Of a DNA stretch of 64,000 bases, positions 56,956 through 64,000 are shown in pieces. Position numbers and translations under genes: made by a program. How positions within the stretch are numbered: the stretch's first letter is position 1; each line of letters opens with the position of its first letter. Source of the DNA: Candidatus Latescibacterota bacterium (GTDB lineage Bacteria > Latescibacterota > UBA2968 > UBA8231); assembly GCA_965203175.1 (NCBI GenBank), contig OZ241867.1:736001-800000 (forward strand), read 5' to 3'. Under the pieces are notes generated by a model. It was not told where the DNA came from. It did no database searches and was given only the letters and a program-made list of their open reading frames with translations.

Positions 56956-59769
56956 ATGATTAACACGTGTCACAAACTTATTTATGCCGCGGTTCGCCGA
57001 ACCTTAGCCAATGGTCAGGTACTCCGAAGCAGCTTAGCCGCGCTGGTTTTGTGTGCATCCATGGTTGCGCCCCAGGCCGCCGCCGAAGAGGAAGAGCAGC
57101 AGAAGGTGGTGGAAATGGAAGAAATAGTCGTTATCGGCTTTGCCGGTTCTATGCAGCGCGCTGCCGATATTAAGCGTTTTTCCAATCAGGTGGTGGACGC
57201 CGTCTCCGCCGAGGATATCGGTAAACTTCCAGACCCCAATATCGCTGATGCACTGCAACGGGTGACCGGGGTGCAGTTAACGCGTCAGGACAATGCTGGG
57301 CGCGAAGTCAGTATTCGCGGTTTGTCTTCCTTCTTCACCAAAGTGACGGTGAACGGCGTAGGAATGGCCCCAGGTGCTGCCGCTGACGACAGTGATGGTC
57401 TGGATATCGGCGTGCTAGGGGCCGATTTGGGCACAGCACTCGAAGTGTATAAAAGCCCCACGGCTAAGCAGATCGAAGGCGCGGTTGGAGGTACGGTCAA
57501 TATCCGCACGGCGCGTCCGCTAGCACTGGACAAAGATCTGGTCATTACCGGTCGTCTGCGCGGCAACTATGAGCCGCTACAGGGCGATATCACGCCGGCA
57601 GGCTCCATCCAATTCGGTAAAATTTTCAACGACAATTTTGGCCTTATCATCGATTTCCACCAGGGGGTCCGCGAATACCGCCGCGATGCGTACCACGACG
57701 ATCGATCCGGTGGTTTCCGCAGCGAATTTGACGATGTAAACGGCGACGGCATAGATGATCTACACCCGGAAAAATCCCGCACCCGCTATAACGAGAGGGA
57801 GGACGATGAGCGCACGGTCAATTTGTCCTTGCAGTGGCGGCCCAATGAGAGAATGAATCTCTTCCTCGATGCTACGGCGTCTGAGAAGGAGAAGTTTCGC
57901 CAATACAGTCAAAATGAGATCGGCTGGCGGCGTTCCGAACTGGTGCCGGGAACCGCGGTTGTCGATCAGAACAATACCATTGTTGAGGCCGAGTTCTCCG
58001 AGGTGAGTTTTCTCACTCGTAGTGCCGTGCGCCAAGATACCGAAGAACTCGAGATATACAATTTTGGCACTGAGTATGTGTTTAATGACCGCTTTCTTAT
58101 GAGCAGCGCACTGTCTTATACCTCGAACGCGGTTGAAGAACTCACTCAGGGTAATGCTGTCATAGAGAACAGAGGCTTTGCCCTGCCCGAAGGCGAGACC
58201 TTTGGTTATCGCCTCAGTGGTGGGGAGGCGGGCTTCTCCTTTCTCAATCCCAGCGGCTTCGATTTTACCGACCCGTCTCTATACCTAGATATGCCCGACC
58301 GGCGCTTGACGTTCAATGACGGTGGTAACTTCGATCTCTATGACCACGACCAAGTGGCCGTCCAACTCGATTTCACCTACGACTTGCAGCGTAGCTTCTG
58401 GAATGATCTCGAGTTCGGTGGCCGCTGGTTCTCTCGGCAAGAGGAGCGCAATCGCCCTGGGCACGAGTTTACGGGCGAGACCGATGACCTGATGACGTTC
58501 TTCGATAATTTGGATGGGTCGCCATCGGACTATGGCAATCTGCTGCACATCGACGGCTTTGATCCGTTCGTTTTTCCCGATGCGTCTGCGATGTTTAATG
58601 AGGCGAGGTCTATGGGCTTGCTCTCGTCTAACGACGGACGCACCGATCGTCTGTTCGAGGACAACTATATCAGCGAAACGGATTCTTGGGCCGCCTATGC
58701 GCAGTTCAACGGTGCCGGCGAGTTGTTCGGCATTTCCGCACGCGGCAATATCGGGCTGCGCGCGGTGGGTACCAATTTTGAGTCCACCGGTGTTACGGTG
58801 GTCAACGACCGCGATTTTGATCCCGGTGATTTTGCCCAAACGCTGGCCACTGTGGGTAATGAGTACGCGAATTTTTTGCCCAGTGCCAATATTGCACTAG
58901 ATGTAACCGATAACCTGATCGTGCGGACTGCCGTGTCGCGCGTAATGAAGCGGCCTCGCCCGGAAGATACCCGCGCAGCATTCAACGTCTATGATGTTGT
59001 AGATGATGCTGACGGCTCCATTTTGCCGCCGGATTCGGAGACCGGTGCCTATGAAGCGTTCAACGGCAACCCCGAGCTCGATCCCTTTGTGGCGAATCAA
59101 ATCGACCTCTCCGCTGAGTACTACACCGAGGCCGGTGGGTTATTTGCAGCGGGCGTATTTTACAAGGACGTCAGCGACCTGACCGGGTTTGGTGCCACTG
59201 GTCGCATCGTGCCGGTAGCCGTGTTTAACCCTATTACCAAAGAGACGCTGACGGTTGACGCCTTGCTGACTTCACCCGTCAATATCGATGGCGAAATCAG
59301 GGGCTTTGAACTGTCTGCACAGCAACTGTTTGTTTTCCTGCCCTCGCCGTTTGACGGACTGGGCGCACAGGCGAACTATACTTTCACCGATGCCGAAGAC
59401 GAGGAAGGCCGTGAAATCGGCGGTACTTCGGAAAAGGTTTACAACCTGATCGCTTTTTATGAGCAGAGCGGCTTTGGCATTCGCCTAGCTTACAATTTCC
59501 GGGATAGTTTTCTCGATTCTCCCGACCGGGGTGAAACGATTGCGTTGCCGGATGGCTCAACGATCAGAGGTGGACGCTGGACTGATGACAACGAGCGACT
59601 CGACCTGTCCGCCTTCTACGAGATCAACAAAAACCTGATGATTACAGTAGAGGCTGTCAATCTAACCGAGGAGGGCAGTCGCAGCTTCTTAGACGGATAC
59701 AAGAACCGCCTCAATGCGTACGAGCAAACCGGCACCCGCTGGTTGACAGGTGTGCGTTTCAAGTTTTAG
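56956..59769 (+). CDS. TonB-dependent receptor
   Basis: AGGAGG RBS. EEIVVIG TonB box, VDAVSAEDIGKLPDPNIADALQRVTGV plug, GNPELDP and C-terminal GVRFKF. Confidence 0.95.
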   Translation: MINTCHKLIYAAVRRTLANGQVLRSSLAALVLCASMVAPQAAAEEEEQQKVVEMEEIVVIGFAGSMQRAADIKRFSNQVVDAVSAEDIGKLPDPNIADALQRVTGVQLTRQDNAGREVSIRGLSSFFTKVTVNGVGMAPGAAADDSDGLDIGVLGADLGTALEVYKSPTAKQIEGAVGGTVNIRTARPLALDKDLVITGRLRGNYEPLQGDITPAGSIQFGKIFNDNFGLIIDFHQGVREYRRDAYHDDRSGGFRSEFDDVNGDGIDDLHPEKSRTRYNEREDDERTVNLSLQWRPNERMNLFLDATASEKEKFRQYSQNEIGWRRSELVPGTAVVDQNNTIVEAEFSEVSFLTRSAVRQDTEELEIYNFGTEYVFNDRFLMSSALSYTSNAVEELTQGNAVIENRGFALPEGETFGYRLSGGEAGFSFLNPSGFDFTDPSLYLDMPDRRLTFNDGGNFDLYDHDQVAVQLDFTYDLQRSFWNDLEFGGRWFSRQEERNRPGHEFTGETDDLMTFFDNLDGSPSDYGNLLHIDGFDPFVFPDASAMFNEARSMGLLSSNDGRTDRLFEDNYISETDSWAAYAQFNGAGELFGISARGNIGLRAVGTNFESTGVTVVNDRDFDPGDFAQTLATVGNEYANFLPSANIALDVTDNLIVRTAVSRVMKRPRPEDTRAAFNVYDVVDDADGSILPPDSETGAYEAFNGNPELDPFVANQIDLSAEYYTEAGGLFAAGVFYKDVSDLTGFGATGRIVPVAVFNPITKETLTVDALLTSPVNIDGEIRGFELSAQQLFVFLPSPFDGLGAQANYTFTDAEDEEGREIGGTSEKVYNLIAFYEQSGFGIRLAYNFRDSFLDSPDRGETIALPDGSTIRGGRWTDDNERLDLSAFYEINKNLMITVEAVNLTEEGSRSFLDGYKNRLNAYEQTGTRWLTGVRFKF

Positions 59770-59804
59770 GATACATGCAATAACATAGGCCATCGCCACA
59801 AAAA

Positions 59805-59860
59805 AAGCCCGGATTTGCGCTGAAGAGGTGTACCCTTTCTTCAAACGTTCATCCGGGCTT
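59805..59860. terminator. Long imperfect hairpin with the T-tract on the minus strand
   Basis: AAGCCCGGAT...TGAAGA...TCTTCA...ATCCGGGCTT preceded by an A run. Confidence 0.5.
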
Positions 59861-59944
59861 ATCGTTTTCTTTGGGCGAGCGCGCAGTGCTTGTGCGCTTT
59901 GTAACCGGGGTGTATGCAGAAATTGTGATCGGAGACAATGCGTT

Positions 59945-61960
59945 ATGGGGATTAAGTTGTGGATCGCGCTTATAGGTGTTTTTGCCGGTTTTGTGCTTCT
60001 GGTGCCGGGGATGGGATATGTCGCATTTTACCTTTCGCCACGCGATCCAGATGCCATACAACGGGCAGCGGAATTTGAGGCTGTGATGGCGGATGTTGAG
60101 ATCCCCAATCGCCATCCCGAAGCAACGGGGACGGTGCATCGGGTGGCTGAATGGGCGGGTGGACGATTTGGCGAAGCGCCCCTTCTCGCTCAACGGGTGC
60201 GAGAAGGGCATCTGCCGCCCGTAGCGCAACGCCTGCCCGAAAATCCTCTAGTTATTGTACCGCCGCAACAGCATGGGCCTTATGGTGGGACGTGGACGCG
60301 GTTTGCCACTGGTCCTCGCGATGTGGGTATTGTCGAAGCCCGGTTTGCATACGAGGGGCTGGTGCGATGGGATGCGATGGCGCAGAAAGTGATCCCCAAT
60401 CTGGCCGTGCGGTGGGAGATTGCCGATGGTGGGCGCAGTTTTACATTTTATTTGCGCCGAGGGGTCAAGTGGTCAGACGGACATCCATTTACGGTCGATG
60501 ATCTGATTTTCTGGTATGAAGATGTGTTGCAAAATGAAGAGATAACACCTGTTGTTCCGCGCGATTTTAAGCGGGGTGGACAGGTGATGGGGTTGCAAAA
60601 GGTCGATGATTATACAGTGCGGTTCACATTTCTGGAACCCAATGGATTGTTTATCGTGAAATTGGCGTCGGGGCGCGGTTATGAGATGTTGCGCTATCCG
60701 GCCCATTACATGAAGCAATTTCATCCGCAGTACGCGTCTTTGGAAAAGCTCGAGGCAATGAGCGAGGCGGCGGGGTTTGATTTGTGGAGGCAGCTTTTTG
60801 CAGACATGCACGATTGGCGCAATCCGGATATCCCGCGTTTGTGGCCGTGGATTGTGGTCGCCCCACCGCCTGCGCGCCCGGCAGTGCTGGAGCGCAATCC
60901 CTTTTATTGGAAGGTCGATCCCGCTGGGAATCAACTGCCGTACATCGACCGCATGACTTTTGAGATTTTTGATGCAGAGACCATCAATCTCAAGGCGATC
61001 AACGGGGAGATGGGTATGCAGGGGCGGCACCTTCAGTTTCAGAATTATCCGCTGTTTATGGAAGGGCGAAAGAAGGGCGATTATCGGGTTGTGCATTGGA
61101 TTAATGGATCTGCGGGGTCAAATATTCTGGCGTTGAATTTGAATCACCGCGATCCGGAAATGAAGAAAATTATCGGCGATCACCGCTTTCGCAAAGCTCT
61201 GTCGCACGCGTTGAATCGCGACGAATTAAACGAGGCGGATTACTTTGGGATTGGGAAGCCGAGGCAAGTTTGTCCGCCGCCATCGTCGCCGTTTTACGAT
61301 GCGGATTACGAGCGCGCATATATTGAATACGATCCCGACCGCGCAAATGCATTGCTCGACGAGATGGGTTTGAAACGCGGGAGAAATGGCATGCGATTGC
61401 GGGCAGATGGCGTGCCCATCAAGCTCTACATTGAGACGACGTCTCTGAACAATCGCATTCTGGAACTGGTGGCGAGCTATTGGACTGCGGTGGGGGTGCA
61501 GTCAGAAGTCAAGGAAGAAGCGCGGCAGTTGTTTTACGAGCGCAAAAAGGGGTTGTTGCACGATGTTGGCGTGTGGGGTGGGGCAGATGAGCAGATCGCT
61601 GTTTTGGATCCGCGCTGGCTCGTTCCATTTAGCGATGAGTCTGTCCACGCGGTGGATTATGCGCGCTGGTATCGCACGGAGAAAAAACGCGGCGCAGAAC
61701 CCCCGGAGGATATTCGGCGGTGTATTGAGCTGTTTTGGGAGATTGAGAAGACGATTGACGAAGATGAACAGATCAGGCTTATGCAAGAAATTATCGATTT
61801 GAACCGCAAGAATCTGTGGGTTATTGGCACGGTGGGGGCATTGCCCTCGTTTTATCTGGTCAAAAATTCATTTCGCAATGTGCCCGAGGTCGCGATGTCT
61901 GGCTGGGCATTTCGCACGCCTGGGAATACGGCGGTTGAGTGTTATGCGATTGAGGAATAG
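59945..61960 (+). CDS. ABC transporter substrate-binding protein (family 5)
   Basis: EAP.LA..V..G.LPPV..RLP.NP, YGGT, PNLA..W, LR.GVKWSDG.PFT.DD and RNPFYWKVD..GNQLPYID. Start taken at ATG 59945. Confidence 0.9.
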   Translation: MGIKLWIALIGVFAGFVLLVPGMGYVAFYLSPRDPDAIQRAAEFEAVMADVEIPNRHPEATGTVHRVAEWAGGRFGEAPLLAQRVREGHLPPVAQRLPENPLVIVPPQQHGPYGGTWTRFATGPRDVGIVEARFAYEGLVRWDAMAQKVIPNLAVRWEIADGGRSFTFYLRRGVKWSDGHPFTVDDLIFWYEDVLQNEEITPVVPRDFKRGGQVMGLQKVDDYTVRFTFLEPNGLFIVKLASGRGYEMLRYPAHYMKQFHPQYASLEKLEAMSEAAGFDLWRQLFADMHDWRNPDIPRLWPWIVVAPPPARPAVLERNPFYWKVDPAGNQLPYIDRMTFEIFDAETINLKAINGEMGMQGRHLQFQNYPLFMEGRKKGDYRVVHWINGSAGSNILALNLNHRDPEMKKIIGDHRFRKALSHALNRDELNEADYFGIGKPRQVCPPPSSPFYDADYERAYIEYDPDRANALLDEMGLKRGRNGMRLRADGVPIKLYIETTSLNNRILELVASYWTAVGVQSEVKEEARQLFYERKKGLLHDVGVWGGADEQIAVLDPRWLVPFSDESVHAVDYARWYRTEKKRGAEPPEDIRRCIELFWEIEKTIDEDEQIRLMQEIIDLNRKNLWVIGTVGALPSFYLVKNSFRNVPEVAMSGWAFRTPGNTAVECYAIEE

Positions 61961-61970
61961 TAAAAGATAG

Positions 61971-62966
61971 ATGCTAAATCTGGTGATCAAACGCCTGTTG
62001 TGGATGATTCCCACGATGGTGATTATTTCGTTCATTTCATTCTCGATTATCCAGCTTCCACCGGGGGATTATCTCACGTCGTATATTGCAGCGCTAGGTG
62101 AAACCGGGGAGACGGTGGATGAGGCACAGGCTGCGGCTTTGCGGGCGCGGTACAATCTCGATCGGCCTTTTATGGTGCAATACTATCGCTGGCTGGTCGG
62201 CATGGTACAGGGCGATTTGGGGATGTCATTTGAGTGGAATCGGCCCGTGACAGAGCTGATTGGCGAACGCATTTTGCTGACATCTATTATTTCGATTGTG
62301 ACACTGCTGGTGACGTGGGCACTAGCGATTCCGATTGGGATTTATTCGGCTGTGAAGCAGTATTCACTGCCGGATTATTGTTTTACGTTTTTGGGATTCA
62401 TCGGACTTGCGACGCCCAATTTTTTGCTCGCGCTCGTTTTTATGTACATCGGGTATTCCGCGTTTGGGGTGAGTGCGGGCGGTCTATTTTCACCCGAATA
62501 TCAGAATGCAGCGTGGTCTTTTGGCAAATTTCTCGATTTGCTCGGGCATTTGTGGATCCCGGTGATTGTGATTGGTACTTCTGGTACGGCGGGATTGATA
62601 CGGGTGATGCGGGGCAATTTGCTGGATGAATTGCGCAAGCAGTACGTGATGACGGCCCGCGCCAAGGGCGTGCGCTACTGGGTGTTGCTGATGCGGTATC
62701 CGGTGCGCGTCGCGCTCAATCCGCTCGTCAGTACTGTGGGATGGGTTTTGCCTGGCATTGTGTCTGGGGCGACCATTACGTCAGTGGTGTTGGGTTTGCC
62801 GACGACGGGGCCGCTGTTGTTGCGCGCGCTTATGAATCAGGATATGTATTTGGCGGGCAGCATGGTGATGATGTTGAGTCTATTGACACTTGTTGGTACG
62901 CTCATTTCAGACATTTTGTTGTTGTGGCTCGATCCGCGCATTCGCTACGAAGAGGGGGAGCATTAG
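61971..62966 (+). CDS. ABC transporter permease (DppB/OppB type)
   Basis: IQLPPGD, GDLGMSF, YVMTARAKG and QDMYLAG. Confidence 0.93.
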   Translation: MLNLVIKRLLWMIPTMVIISFISFSIIQLPPGDYLTSYIAALGETGETVDEAQAAALRARYNLDRPFMVQYYRWLVGMVQGDLGMSFEWNRPVTELIGERILLTSIISIVTLLVTWALAIPIGIYSAVKQYSLPDYCFTFLGFIGLATPNFLLALVFMYIGYSAFGVSAGGLFSPEYQNAAWSFGKFLDLLGHLWIPVIVIGTSGTAGLIRVMRGNLLDELRKQYVMTARAKGVRYWVLLMRYPVRVALNPLVSTVGWVLPGIVSGATITSVVLGLPTTGPLLLRALMNQDMYLAGSMVMMLSLLTLVGTLISDILLLWLDPRIRYEEGEH

Positions 62967-64000
62967 ATGGCTACGCCCATGCGGGAAGAGGTTGTAAAGC
63001 GAGATGCGCTGACCGAGGAAACGGGAGCTTATGCCGCGTCTCAGTGGCAGTTGATGTGGTGGAAATTTCGCAAGCACCATCTGGCAATGGCTGCGGGTCT
63101 GGTTATTGTCGCGCTTTATGTAGTGGCTACATTTTGCGAGTTTTTGGCACCTTATACACTCAATCATCGGCAGGTCGCATACTCGTTTGCCCCGCCCCAG
63201 CGTTTGCATTTTGTGTCGGATGAGGGAGTGCATTTCCGGCCCTTTGTGTATGGGATCAAAGGCGTGCGGCATCCGGAGACACTGCGGAAATTCTACGTAG
63301 AAGACCGAGAGCAGCTCTATGCCGTGCGTTTATTTGTGCGGGGCGCGCCCTATCGGTTTTGGGGATTGTTTGAGACAGATGTCCACCTCTTCGGCGTCGA
63401 TGACGGAGGTACGCTTTTTCTTTTGGGTACGGATCATCTCGGTCGGGATTTGCTTTCGCGGATTATTTACGGTTCGCGCATTTCGCTGACCATAGGGCTA
63501 GTGGGGGTGACGCTGAGTTTTGTGTTTGGTCTGGTGATCGGCGTGGTGTCTGGGTACTACGGGGGCTGGATCGACAATCTCATTCAGCGCGGGATTGAGA
63601 TTCTCAGGTCGTTTCCATCTATTCCGCTGTGGATGGCCTTGGCCGCGGCCCTGCCTTCGTCTTGGTCGCCCTTGCAGATCTATATGGGCATTACGGTTGT
63701 GTTGTCCTTTATTGGGTGGACGGGTTTGGCTCGGCAGGTGCGCGGGAAAATTTTGTCGTTGCGCGAAGAGGATTTTGCAACTGCTGCGCTACTTGTCGGC
63801 GCGAGTCGCTGGCGGATTATGACGCGGCATCTGCTGCCTTCGTTTATGAGCCATATTATCGTGAGTTTGACGCTCGCTGTGCCGGGCATGATTTTGGGCG
63901 AGACCTCGCTGAGTTTTCTCGGTCTTGGGTTGCGTCCACCAGTGACGAGTTGGGGCGTGCTGTTGAAAGAGGCGCAAAATGTTCAGGCTGTGGCTTTTCA
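62967..64000 (+). CDS. ABC transporter permease (DppC/OppC type), truncated by window end
   Basis: Manual translation gives ASQWQLMWWKFRKH, LGTDHLGRDLLSRIIYGSRISL and ILGETSLSFLGLG. Confidence 0.9.
   Translation, partial: MATPMREEVVKRDALTEETGAYAASQWQLMWWKFRKHHLAMAAGLVIVALYVVATFCEFLAPYTLNHRQVAYSFAPPQRLHFVSDEGVHFRPFVYGIKGVRHPETLRKFYVEDREQLYAVRLFVRGAPYRFWGLFETDVHLFGVDDGGTLFLLGTDHLGRDLLSRIIYGSRISLTIGLVGVTLSFVFGLVIGVVSGYYGGWIDNLIQRGIEILRSFPSIPLWMALAAALPSSWSPLQIYMGITVVLSFIGWTGLARQVRGKILSLREEDFATAALLVGASRWRIMTRHLLPSFMSHIIVSLTLAVPGMILGETSLSFLGLGLRPPVTSWGVLLKEAQNVQAVAF

Overview
Gene-dense, GC-rich chromosomal window from a diderm bacterium. The many PhyH, enolase-superfamily, Gfo/Idh/MocA and family-5 ABC genes suggest a Latescibacterota/Gemmatimonadota/Poribacteria-like lineage (inference only). 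No rRNA, tRNA, CRISPR array or transposase was recognised. Main content, left to right: a PLP decarboxylase cut by the window edge; a lower-GC run of co-oriented accessory genes with integron attC-like remnants (1.2-6.3 kb); a sigma54 two-component locus with a beta-barrel and a coiled-coil partner, divergent from a Gly/Glu/His-rich three-domain lipoprotein that sits behind a consensus -24/-12 promoter (11.3-18.1 kb); arsC, purN, sat and ettA; a split form II cox (CO-dehydrogenase-like Mo hydroxylase) cluster with mocA, coxDE, xdhC and moaA, whose structural genes are flanked by two AbiEii-type toxin modules; a FolC/ATP-grasp fusion; and a compositionally distinct TonB-dependent receptor plus ABC transporter block. 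The most striking observation is a 27-nt hairpin with compensatory base changes. It occurs in frame, in sense orientation and directly after a GAG codon inside three unrelated genes (acylase, xdhC, folC). All calls come from reading the sequence by eye; no database searches were run.
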